A stretch of 64,000 bases of DNA, from positions 62,001 through 126,000 of the forward strand of contig NW_003314284.1 of NCBI RefSeq assembly GCF_000143415.4. Direction: 5' to 3'. The notes beneath the pieces were generated by a model. It was not told the DNA's origin, ran no database searches, and saw nothing but the letters and a program-made list of their open reading frames with translations. Source of the stretch: Selaginella moellendorffii (lineage: Eukaryota > Plantae > Lycopodiophyta). A program made the position numbers and the translations under genes. Every line of letters begins with the position of its first letter. Positions within the stretch are counted from its first letter, which is position 1. Below are positions 35,514 to 46,500 of this stretch, one piece after another.

Positions 35514-36260
35514 CTAGTGCTTCACCACCGTAACTGGGCACTGGGCGGTGTTCACCACGTAGTTGCTGACGCTCCCCAGGATTGCACTGATCCAAGAAAC
35601 AATCACAAACCCGTCGGTCATGGATAGATATGATCACTCTTTCTCTCTCACGTAGCGTGTCTGTGATCTGTGATCTATGATCTTCCAGGATAGGAGATGG
35701 TCTCTTACCGTTTGAGAGGGCCGAGGCCGCGGCTTCCCACGACCATGCAACTCAGCGGGAAATCAGTGGCAGCATCGCAAAGTTTCTCGCGAGGATCACC
35801 ATAGTAGACCTTTCCCACCACCACGATCTGGCAGAGCGACAGTGCAAAGCATTAGCAAAACCCACACATATATGAATCGATCGATCGATCGAGGAGATGT
35901 GTACGTGCATTTTTCTCTCGCGCGACTTGCTCCAGAAGCGTCACGACTTCCGCGTCTGGAGTGACGCCATAGCCTTTCAAGATCTGCCCTTCGCCCAGAT
36001 CGCACAGGGGGATCAGAGCTATCACAAGCCACAGCGATCACTTTAGAAAGAAAAGAAGAAGAATGAGAAATCGCGGGCTTACGTGATCCGCCTTGCTCCC
36101 AGAGCTGCGACTTCCCTTCGAGCTCAGTCTTCACCACCATGAAGAGTATCAAGTAGTCGCCCCCGCGCACCACATTCTCCACTGTCCATTTCAGCGCGGC
36201 CTTGCTGCCCTCGGAGAAATCCATGGCCACTCCCACACGTCTCTCATGCGCCGTCGCCAT
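35514..36260 (-). CDS. Universal stress protein (USP A-like), 4 exons
   Basis: RRVGVAMDFSEGSKAALKW; GKVYYGDPREKLCDA; MVVGSRGLGPLKR; LGSVSNYVVNTAQCPVTVVK. Confidence 0.92.
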
Positions 36261-36463
36261 TACCGATCCTGCAAGTCGATCGATCCAAAGCCCTGTATCC
36301 AATTCCTCCAATTAAACTAGCTCTCGGTCTGATCTAGCGAACTCCTAGCATCATACCCAAACCCAAAGAGGATCCTCCGCGCCGATCGCTTGAGGTCAAT
36401 CCACCAAACAGTAGCACTAGCACTGCTAGAAGTGACGTAGACACCAAGGAAAAGTTTTAAAAT

Positions 36464-36473
36464 GCCACGTGGC
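36464..36473. promoter_or_regulatory. Perfect palindromic G-box GCCACGTGGC upstream of USP
   Basis: 10-bp palindrome ~200 bp upstream of the USP ATG, with nearby TGACGT and GATAAG. Confidence 0.5.
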
Positions 36474-36576
36474 GTAGCCACGAGCCGTTGGATAAGATTC
36501 TCCCGCATTATCCAAATTAAATCCGTTGTTATACTAAACCAGTTACATAATCAGGATTAATTAAACACATGATAAT

Positions 36577-39500
36577 TTACAGTAAGTTGCGAACCACATC
36601 CTTGAGGCTTGTTTTGTTCTTCTTCTTGGCGGGCATGGGCATCGCTATTTCTTCCCGAGAGGAGCTGCCATTCTCTTGAAACGTCCCTGGCTCGTTTCGC
36701 TGTGGAGCAGCAAATCCTCCAGCAAATCCTTCCACAGGAACTTCTATTTTGTAGCTTGCTTTGCTCTTCTTCATCGCTGTGTCTTCCTTCGCTACTTCCT
36801 CTTGAACTATCCGTGGCTTGTTTTGCTGTGGAGCTGCAAATCCTTTCGCAGGAGCTTCTCTTGTGATCGAGGGAAGGAACGCAAAATCCGCCAGCAAGTT
36901 GTCAAACGCCTTGTCCGGCTCAAAGCTCGGAAGCTTCACAGTCTCGGTGATCACTGTCGCTGGAGGAGTTTCGGGAAGTTTCAATGTCTCCGAGCAAGCT
37001 GCTAACTTCCGTGGCTCAAGACTTGGAAGCTTCAAAGTCTCCGAGCAAGCTGCCAACTTCTGTGGCTCAAAACTTGGAAGCTTCAAAGTCTCCGAGGTCA
37101 CCAGTGTCGGATTTGCTCCAGCTTCTTGCGCGGTAGGCCACAAGTCCAAACTCGATGATGTAGTTGGCAAAGTGAGCGTCTTCGCCAGAGTCGGGGTAGC
37201 CATCTCTTGCAAGTGCCGCTTCTTCTTCGGTGGGAGTTCTTCGTTCTCCAGCCCGTCCATCTCTTCCAAAACTAGAGTATCAAAAACACTCACCCTCTCC
37301 TCATCCTGCTCTTCATCTCCGGCTTCATGCTCCGAGTTTTCTTTCGAAAGCTCTGGTTCTTCTTGTCGTGGAGGAGACTCTTCCACCAGCCGAGATCCCA
37401 AAGCCTGCCTCACGTCGTAATCGTCCTCCGGAGGAACACTATCCCTCCTCAGCGCCTCCTCCAACCATCTGTGACTCAAGACTCTCAGCTTCTTGCTTGA
37501 AACCAGCTTGTTCTCCGAGAAAGAGAGACCGGCTTCACTGTGATCCCTTTCGCTGTCCCAGAACACGATCATATGAGTCGCTCTAGCAAGAGACGGCTTC
37601 ACAGCACCCTTGCGCAATTCCACTTCCACTTCCAGCCTCCTGAGAACGACTCCAGCAATCATCGCTTCATCTGCTACTGCCGCCTCGCGAGGATAGTAAA
37701 AGTAGAACGAGCAGCCTTCAAAGATGTTCTTCCTGTCGCCAAGGCTGCCCCTGTGCTCGTCCACGTCTTTATCGTTCACTGAGAGCTCCTCGACTCGCAT
37801 GCGTCCAAACAGCTGCTTCATGTCTGCCTCGTCCACTTCCACAAAGTAGTGATCTCCAAACTCGTCCAAAGTGTCCTTGAGAGTCTCCCTCGTTTTGTAC
37901 GAGAGGTGAAGCATGTACTTGGGCCTGAGCGGAAGGAGCTCCTTCGCAGCAATCGAGTCCATAAACCACGAGGAATGGATCACGTCCCCTCGCTTGGTTG
38001 CGGTCTCGTACAGAAGGCCCTTCGGACTCTCGGCAAGGACGTGAGTTACGTCGCCATTCAAGTTCATCGAGAACTTCCCTCCATACTCGGCCACCAGCTT
38101 GTGGAACCTCTCCTTGTCCTCGAGCTTGAAATTCACCAGGAAGAAGACCAGGCCGCTGAGCATGTCGGACACCTTCTTCACGCCGGAAACGTCTGTTTGC
38201 TGCATATGAGGCGCCAGCAAAGGAAGCTTTGGAGCTTTCTTCTTGGGAGACCTCTCCTGTTTCTTCTTCCGGCCGCCATCACCATCTCCATTTACACCAG
38301 CACCTGTGTCCTCCGCCACCATCCTCACAAGCTCCTGGATATCCAAGCACTCGTTCCAAGGCTTGTCGTACCGGACCCTGGTAACTCTTGGAAAGCGGAG
38401 GCTGTAAGGCGAGGCAAACACCTCCGACTTGATCTTTCGGATATCGCTCTTCACCTCCAGGAGCACAGACTTGTCCGGCTGCTCGATCCACACGTCCGGG
38501 CGCTCCTTGGCGTTGTTAGTCACCACGTAGTAACTCGGAGGCTTGGTGTTCTTGTCATATTTTCTGAAATACGGCCTTAGTTTGTCAACCAAAACTCGGC
38601 ACTCTTCATCGCTGAGCCCCGTGCCAACCTTGCAAAACGAGTGGAACTTGGTCGGATACCCGCTCGCTGGACGCTCGGCAATGCCGAGAAGAAACTGAGC
38701 CACATCACCACCCCGCCGTCCCGATCCATAGTAGCCACCAATGATCAGCACATCCATCTCGCTCTCCTTCACGTAGTCGGGCTTGAGCTTCATCCACTTT
38801 CCACTCCTGTCCCCAGGCTCCCACTTGGAATCAAAGTCCTTGACGACGATTCCCTCCTCCCTGTTATCCACGGTCATCAGGAAGAACTTCTCGACGTCGG
38901 CAGCGGACTGTGGAGTGATCGACCAGAGCTGGCCGCCGCAGTTCCTCCGATCCGGCTGAAGCAGCTCGAACCGGCCAGGGACAGTCGTCACCTTCTGCTC
39001 GAGCAGCTTCTGTCGCTCGCAGAGCGGCTGGTGAATCACGCTGCAATCGTCCAGGTAGAGAATGTCGAAGACGATGTAGCAAAGCTGCTCGTCGCTCTGG
39101 ACGCCATCCTTGGCATTCTTGGCCACCGCATGAATTGTCCCAAACTCCGCAAACTTGTTCGTCACTCGGTTCCACACCACCATCTCCCCGTCGAGGATAC
39201 ACTTCGACGCCTTGACGTTCTCGCAGATAACGCTGCTCATGGCCGCGGCAAACTCGACGTGATCGATGGAGCTCCTGGAGAAAAAGTGGACCTCGTTCCC
39301 ATCCTTATGGACCTGGCAGCGATCACCATCGAACTTACACTCGGCGATCACCCTCTTCCCCCTCATCCTCTTCCACGCATCCTCGGCGTTCTTCACCCGG
39401 GACGCGAGCTGCGGCCTCACCGCCTTGCCAACCTCGATGTCCTGGCGCTTGAATCGCACCTTGGGATCCACCAGCTTCTCGCAAACCAGCTTGAGATCGC

Positions 39501-40092
39501 ACGTCTTGTTGTACACCTCGTCGGCGTCGGGGTGGAACTCCTTGAAGACGGTCTTCTCGCTGATGCCCAGCTTGAGATCCTTGAGGATGATCATCACCAG
39601 CCACTTCATCTCCACGGGATTGGTCTTGTTGATGAACTCCGCCAGGACCTTGGATTTCTCCTCGCGGCTCTTCACCTCGGCCAGCTGATCCAGGAGCTCG
39701 TTCACGCGCTTGACGGTGAGGCCGCCCGAGGTGTGGCTCTGGCGGCTGCCCACGATCTCGGCGGCGACCAGCGCAAAGTTACCGGCATTCTTCCCGACGC
39801 TCGACCCACCCTTGCGCCAGTTGACGAGCTTGTCGGCGTCGCTGGATCCCTTGGCCAGGCCCAGCGCGTCGGCGAGGCACTTGGCCAGCACCGATTCCTT
39901 GAGGCCGTAGTTGCCGCGCTCCCTGTCCAGCTCCGGAAGAACTAGGCGCATCACGCTGAAATACTCGCGATCGGTGTAGAAGTGATCCAGAAAGGTGCGG
40001 AAGGTCTTGCGCTTCACCGGCAGCTTCTTGCTCTTGGAAATGCGCTCCAGCATGTCGCTGACGGCGCTGAATCTCACCGTGTTCTCCCCCAT
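36577..40092 (-). CDS. LIG4: DNA ligase IV (intronless)
   Basis: LVLPELDRERGNYGLKE, motif I ECKFDGDR, LDGEM, EEGIVVK, WMKLKPDY, SLRFPR..R.DK, two BRCT-like regions. Confidence 0.95.
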   Translation of the reverse strand: MGENTVRFSAVSDMLERISKSKKLPVKRKTFRTFLDHFYTDREYFSVMRLVLPELDRERGNYGLKESVLAKCLADALGLAKGSSDADKLVNWRKGGSSVGKNAGNFALVAAEIVGSRQSHTSGGLTVKRVNELLDQLAEVKSREEKSKVLAEFINKTNPVEMKWLVMIILKDLKLGISEKTVFKEFHPDADEVYNKTCDLKLVCEKLVDPKVRFKRQDIEVGKAVRPQLASRVKNAEDAWKRMRGKRVIAECKFDGDRCQVHKDGNEVHFFSRSSIDHVEFAAAMSSVICENVKASKCILDGEMVVWNRVTNKFAEFGTIHAVAKNAKDGVQSDEQLCYIVFDILYLDDCSVIHQPLCERQKLLEQKVTTVPGRFELLQPDRRNCGGQLWSITPQSAADVEKFFLMTVDNREEGIVVKDFDSKWEPGDRSGKWMKLKPDYVKESEMDVLIIGGYYGSGRRGGDVAQFLLGIAERPASGYPTKFHSFCKVGTGLSDEECRVLVDKLRPYFRKYDKNTKPPSYYVVTNNAKERPDVWIEQPDKSVLLEVKSDIRKIKSEVFASPYSLRFPRVTRVRYDKPWNECLDIQELVRMVAEDTGAGVNGDGDGGRKKKQERSPKKKAPKLPLLAPHMQQTDVSGVKKVSDMLSGLVFFLVNFKLEDKERFHKLVAEYGGKFSMNLNGDVTHVLAESPKGLLYETATKRGDVIHSSWFMDSIAAKELLPLRPKYMLHLSYKTRETLKDTLDEFGDHYFVEVDEADMKQLFGRMRVEELSVNDKDVDEHRGSLGDRKNIFEGCSFYFYYPREAAVADEAMIAGVVLRRLEVEVELRKGAVKPSLARATHMIVFWDSERDHSEAGLSFSENKLVSSKKLRVLSHRWLEEALRRDSVPPEDDYDVRQALGSRLVEESPPRQEEPELSKENSEHEAGDEEQDEERVSVFDTLVLEEMDGLENEELPPKKKRHLQEMATPTLAKTLTLPTTSSSLDLWPTAQEAGANPTLVTSETLKLPSFEPQKLAACSETLKLPSLEPRKLAACSETLKLPETPPATVITETVKLPSFEPDKAFDNLLADFAFLPSITREAPAKGFAAPQQNKPRIVQEEVAKEDTAMKKSKASYKIEVPVEGFAGGFAAPQRNEPGTFQENGSSSREEIAMPMPAKKKNKTSLKDVVRNLL
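36920..37100 (-). repeat. In-frame ~51-bp repeats in the LIG4 tail (SETLKLPSFEPQKLAAC, about 4 units)
   Basis: Repeated cttggaagcttcaaagtctccgagcaagctg units. Confidence 0.85.
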
Positions 40093-40279
40093 CAGGCCCC
40101 GTGATCATCACGCTGCTGCCCACCAAGAACCCTAAAATCTGAATGACTACATGCACAGTATATTCTTCTGCCCTATAAATGGTACGAATATTCGCCAGGA
40201 GCCAAAAGGTCCTTTAATATGGACAATTAGGGTGCGGGCTGCAAGAAGTTTGATATAGAATTGATGAAGATCCATTCAG

Positions 40280-43030
40280 TCTTAGAGGCTTGCACTTTTT
40301 AGGATGGTGAAGATATGCAACAGTAGGTGGACTCTCTGGGCTATATGCAGATTTAGCTTCTCAAGGCAAGGACCATAAGGTTTTTGACTCCGTGCAGAAG
40401 GTGAAGCTCTCCAAGTCACTTTTGAGAGACTGGGATGACGTTGCCAAGGCATTGATGTGGGAGCCAAACCTTTCACTTGATGAAATAGTAACAAAGTTGG
40501 TGAACACTTCCCTGCTGAATAAAGAGAGGTTCCAAAGTTATAAGGTGCCTTGCACCATGTTTGTGAGGAGGTTGGAGGCTGTTGGTGGCAGCCATGGAGG
40601 CTGTGGACATGACAGTGGAGGCCATTGTGGGCAAGGAAAATGCATCTCATATGGTGGTGGAGCGGCCTCCACCCTACACCAGCATGGAGGGCATGCTGGT
40701 AGGACTCTTTGCAGCAGACAAGAAACACACATTAGTCAAGACCATTGCAAGTTGTGCTAGGAATTTGGGCATTGGGCTTGCAATTGCCCAAATGCTACAG
40801 ATGTTGTAACAAACCTTGGAATAAAAGGTTAGCAGCGTTGTTGTTTTCAATGACAATGGTGTCACTTTTATGGACAAGCAAAGCTTTTACATGATGGGGC
40901 AAACACAAACTTTATTGCATGGGAAAACTTATATGAAATATCCCCTTTCGGCTATATTACCACAAACATTGAGACTGAAAATTTAGAGAGCAGTGCCTAT
41001 ATTTGGCATTGTCATCTTGGTCATGCCAACTATAAATCTCTCCAAGATATCCTTCTAAAGAAGATGGTAATCAGACTTGATCTAAATATTAGCTTCATTT
41101 ATGCTTTTTGCGAATCATGCGTGTTGGGGAAACACCATCATAAGAACTTTGCTTTGTCTACACTATGATCATCCTAGAGTTGATCCATTGGACCTTTGTG
41201 GACTAATAGAGGTGCTCAATCATTTTGGTGCAAGATATATTATGACATTGATTGATGATTTCAGTTGAAAAAGCATGCATTTTTTTTCTATGCTGAGGTG
41301 GTGGAGGCTTTTAAGCTATACAAGGCCATAGTCAAGATGAAGATTGGGAAGACTTCTATACAGGAGCAAGTTTGACAAAGAATTTTAGCAGGAGACAATT
41401 GCAATAGCCATGCATATTCCAACTTAACTACTCATGGTCACACTCAAAGGAAAAACTCCTAAAGAAACTTGAACTGACATAAAACGTAATGTCTATCATC
41501 TCTAAGTCTCAGGTTATGCATATATCCTTTACAAAAAACTTGATCCAAAAAGTCAAAACTCATATTTTGTAGGATATGCTCATGACAATGAGCATAGTCA
41601 GAAAGTTTATAAACTATAGGATCCCACCACTAAAGAGACAATGCTTAGTATAGACATTGTCTTTGGTGAAAATGACTTTGACAAGAATCTACTTGTCCCA
41701 CTAATTCCAGTCCAACTAGACAACAACATGGCTATTATTAATAATCCAATAATGTCAGCTCATCATGTTGGTTGAAATGATCCTTTGCCCAATCAACCAC
41801 TACTAGGGGGGGGACTGACTGTAGAGAGAGGATTAACATTGATTTAGTGGGAGTGGGTGTTTAGATATGGTTGCCACCACCCTTAGCTTGCACTAACTTG
41901 CTCCCCAAAATCCAAAACTAAGGCAAGGGAGGGGAAAAGGATACCTATTGTTACTATAGCCCTTTGGGGGGGAGTGGGAGGTCTTCTTGGTGTAATTGGG
42001 CAACAACCCCCCCCCCCCCCNNNNNNNNNNNNNNNNNNNNNNNNNNNNNNNNNNNNNNNNNNNNNNNNNNNNNNNNNNNNNNNNNNNNNNNNNNNNNNNN
42101 NNNNNNNNNNNNNNNNNNNNATTTTGGGGTCCCCCCCCTAAAAAAACAAAGTTTTGTTAAAACTTTTTTTTTGGGGAAAAATATTTTGCAAAAAATTTTT
42201 TTTTCCCCCTAATTCCCGTCCAATGAGAAAAAAACGGGGGTTTTTTTTATTATCCCAAAATTTCCCCCCCCCCTTGGGGGGAAAAAGATTTTTTGCCCAA
42301 AAAACCCTTTTTTGGGGGGGGGCTTCTTTTTAGGGGGGGTTTTCCCTTTTTTTTGGGGGGGGGGGGTTTTAAATTTGGTTCCCCCCCCCCTTGGGTTGCC
42401 AAAAATTTTCCCCCAAAATCCAAAATTTAGGCCAGGGGGGGGAAAAGGATCCCTTTTTTTTTTTTACCCCTTTGGGGGGGGGGGGGGGGTTTTTTTGGGT
42501 TAATTGGGAAAAAAACCCCCCCCCCCCCCCCCCCCCCCCCCCCAACCCCAATTTAGCTGCATGGGCAATGGGGGTAAAAAGAAGAAAAAGTTCTCAATCC
42601 TAAGTTTTTGTTTGTTTACATGTGTGGGACGTGGAAGTTACCTCAATCTTGGAAGGCCCATGTGTGCAATAACTCTTTCAAAAGATGCTTGAAGACACAA
42701 CACCCTTACCAATGATGAGGTTGAATTATGTATATTTGTAGACAATCAAATCCCATCAATGTACCATGAGGGTAACTAGGGGCAAATCCCACAAATACCA
42801 TCAAGGATGAAATGGATTTTTTTTGGCAAATCTTTTGATTGAAAATTTAATGATAATAAATGGGTGTTCAAGAGAACTCATAATCCAACCAATAGTACCA
42901 TTCACAACAAAGCTTGCTTGGTCATTAAAGGTTTCACACAAGTCAAAGGGATGGATTATAGTGAAACTTTTTTGTCAGTGGTGAAAATGATTAATATTTA
43001 CACTATATTTACAATTGTTAATGCTTTAAG
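40280..43030 (+). mobile_element. Decayed Ty1/Copia LTR retrotransposon internal region
   Basis: WHCHLGH and CESCVLGK (pre-integrase/zinc finger), integrase-like remnants with stops and frameshifts, RT motif KWVFKR...KACLVIKGFTQVKGMDYSETF. LTRs not identified; boundaries approximate. Confidence 0.82.
42001..42560. other. Assembly gap (100 N, 42021-42120) with low-quality homopolymer-rich flank
   Basis: N run; long C/G/T/A runs; sequence after the gap re-reads the sequence before it. Confidence 0.92.
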
Positions 43031-43500
43031 ATGGTGTAAAAAAGCGAAAAGAATGGCTCAAAAGATGATTTATATAAATTTAAATATAAAGGGAAAAAGC
43101 ATATGAATCATCACTAATGAAGGACAAAGTTTTTATATCAGTCATTGCATCATATGACTATATCATGCAACTTTTTCCTTTTATATTTTATTTCCTTAAA
43201 AGTTCATGCCCTTGTGAATGAAAATTAACAATTGCACTCTCTTAACACCTTACCCCTCAAACTAGACCACTATCTTAATAGGGTTGGATTTGAGATGATA
43301 CCAATTGTAAACTTCTAAATTTGAACTTCCTAAAATGTCATGAGCACCCCTTTTTTTCAAATTGAGTAAAGATTTTGAAATACTTAAAGTGTCCCTTAAT
43401 TTGAATAATATTAAATTGGGTGAAAGTATCATTCCATCGTCCATTTCATCACTGCCAGGTTTGAAATTTCTTCACATTTAGGGGCAAAAGTTCGAACGTT

Positions 43501-46500
43501 CTACCTGCGGTCCTCAAGCCAAGGTGGAATTTTCATGCCTTCCGGGCAGTCTAGCTTTTCCAGCCCGGTATCATGCTTTAATTTCGGAAGCGTTTTGGTA
43601 TTCGAACTTCTCACCTCCACGTCGTTCGATCCTCTAAATCAATATATACAAAACTGCGACTGCACCACTATTCTCCCACCAGGAGAGCTTCGCCTCTCAC
43701 GTCCCTGGCAATCTCTACCACCTCGGGTTTGCTCCTTGTCGATTCCAATTCTTGTTGAGCTGCCACCTCGCTTTTGCTCACAGCAGCACCACCTTTGCCG
43801 GCTCTTATCCTCGCCAGGAAACCTCTCACGAGAGCCTGTATTTTCGTTGCAGCGCCCTGGATGTACACGGCCTGGATCCGCTTCTCACGCTCGATGCGCA
43901 GAGTGAGAGGCAACCCCTGCGTTAATCCGAGCCAAACGTAAGTATCAAAAGCTTGGAATAGCAGCTACTTACAGTTGGTCCGATCTTATACAGCGTCAGC
44001 GTTTCCAGCAGCTCCTTGAAAGGGATTCCTTTGTTTGGAACTCGAAAACTCATCACCTCGTACTCTATTCTCATGTACCTGAGCAGAACAAAGAAAAAAA
44101 CGAGTGAGAGACAAAGAGAGATTGAGAGGAACACGCCAAACCATTGGGTCGCGTATTTGTAGCGCCGGCCCAGCGGATCACCGAGGGCGTTTACAAATCG
44201 TCGCAGCTTGTGCATGCCAATGTATCCCGTAGCACTGGACGATTGTAAAGTTAGTTCCGCAAGGACTTGAACGTAATTAAGTGGCTTACTTGGGATCGAA
44301 TGGTTCTTGGCTCCACAAGTTTCGATATGCTAACAGGTGCTCTGGCATGACCATAGAGTTCTCGTTCACAAGGCCGAAGGTTACAGCATCCAGTATGACA
44401 GCCACAAACAAGTTCATGAATATGTGGCTCCCGACCAAGACCAAGAAGGCGAAGAAGATAATCCCGCCCTCTGGATAGCCACAATCATCGCCGAGTAGTG
44501 TTTTACCGTTGGTGCAGGCGGGTGCATCAATTGTGGTATCCATCATAACGCAAGACCAGTTATCAAGAGTTGTAACCTGTAAAAGAAAAGCGAAACTGAA
44601 AGTGGTAGAAAAGCAAGCCTTTACCTGAAACACCGCGATGAAAGCGTTGACGAAAGTGCGAAAGTTGACAGACGGGCCAATGCAGGTCCCTTCCTTCATT
44701 GCACTGAAGAGTTGAAAAGCCATCCCTGCGAACATATACATGAAAATTGCGAGAAGAGCGAGTATCTCAGCTACAGTTGGCAAACAGATGAACATTGTTC
44801 GCATAATAACCCGCGCTCTCGCTACGTGAGGAATGATGCAAAAAACTCGAGCAATGTAGGCAGTGCGGCCGACATAGCCCCTCACCGTTCCCTTCTTTCC
44901 CATGAGACCAATGGCGGCCATTATGGAGAGTCCAAACTCCATCTGCCGTGCAACCTCGTTCTTATAGACCTTCCACTGGAGAAAGGAAAAACCAGGTGGT
45001 CAAACAAAAAACAATCGAGAAAAAGATGAATGAGGTACCTCGTCGCCAAGGAACTTCATCACGGATTCGAGCAGGAAATATGTTGTAATCGCACAGTGAG
45101 CCATCTGACGCCGGTCCGAAACAACTGCTGACTGGCCAGCATAGTTAGTCGCAAGTAGCCCGGAGTAGCCAAGGAGTGCGAGGATCATGCACTTTTGATA
45201 TGTCGGATTGCGAATCAAGTAGAAGCACATCCCCCGGATGGGATTGCTTGGTCGTCGAGCCAGCGGAATAGCATAAGTTTTCTGGATGATACGGTTCATG
45301 TCCCTCCACAGCTTCTGCCTCTCTGTGAGAAGAACTGCTCCAGAATTTTTTCCAAACTCGTTGATAAACACCCCGATGAAAACTCTGACGATATAAAATC
45401 CCCCGATACAGCAGAATGCCACGAAAAACAACGCGTTGACAGGACTTGAGTTCCGAACAGGCTGGTGGTCTTCCCTAGTGATGTCCATGACAGGATACAT
45501 GAAGTGCGTCAGCCAGTTGTCGAAAGTGGAGCAGACGAACATACTGAGGAGGGCATTCTGGATGTCGTCAAAGTGGAAAACGTTATTAACCCAGGCTCGG
45601 GGAACAAGGATGCCAATGTCATTAACATAGAGGCCGGTACAATATGCTCGGTGCGTGATTGTCGGGTCATTGCATTTCCAGAGAAGGCCCCGAAACTGCT
45701 GCAGCCCGATGGTTCCAAATATCAGGAGAATTGAAAATGTGAAGAGAATAACCGACACAATTGCTGGAATAGTCCGAAAAAGATTTGATAATAATGACCT
45801 CAGTCCTGTAAACCGAACCACGAAACGAAATGGCCGAAGAGAAGTAAACGCACCGACGGTTGGTATGGAAGTTTCATTCTCAGCGTTATACTTCAGAAGA
45901 ATAAGCGCATCGGTGACGAGAATAAACAAGTCCAAGATGTTGTACCAGTCACTCAGGTATGCGTCTGGCGCAAAAATAAGTCCCTGTGCAACGATCTTCA
46001 TCAAACAGTCTAGCGAAAAGACCTGCTCCAAAACAATGTACAATGTCGAGCAAAATAAGGTAAGCATGTGCTTACCACAAAGTTGATCTTCTGCAGATTC
46101 CAGATGAAATCGGGGACAATTATCGGCTCTCCATCATCTCGCATCTCAACTACGAGCCAAGTATTGATGACCATCCAAACTATCACAAACCACAAGTACG
46201 GTTTACTGCCGAGGATCTTCCTAGACAGGATCCTTATCGTGTTGCCCTCTCCAAATAGAAGAAGCGACCCTTCTCGCAAGTACCACGGTCTCTGTATGGT
46301 TGTAAGAGTTCTCTCGAGCTCTTCGTACTCCGACAGCTGGAAAGATTTCCTGTTGCTAGAGGCCCTGCTTAGATTTCTGCCAATGTTTGGACTGCTGAGA
46401 ATCTTGTCGAGAGTTATTACGGCATCTTGAAGTGCGGTCCTTGAACCCCTCCTTTCACCGATATTAGACGGAAAACCAGAAACCTGTAAAACTTGGGAAG

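Noticed and set aside
38641-39945. 434-aa ORF opposite LIG4
   Set aside because: Antisense shadow caused by high third-position GC; no motifs.
4470-40092. RAD5, SWI3, ANP32 and LIG4 as a DNA-repair/chromatin cluster
   Set aside because: Interspersed with unrelated genes over 35 kb; no evidence of co-regulation.
41964-42692. Pro/Gly/Phe-rich ORFs and G-quadruplex-like runs
   Set aside because: Derived from low-quality sequence flanking the N gap.
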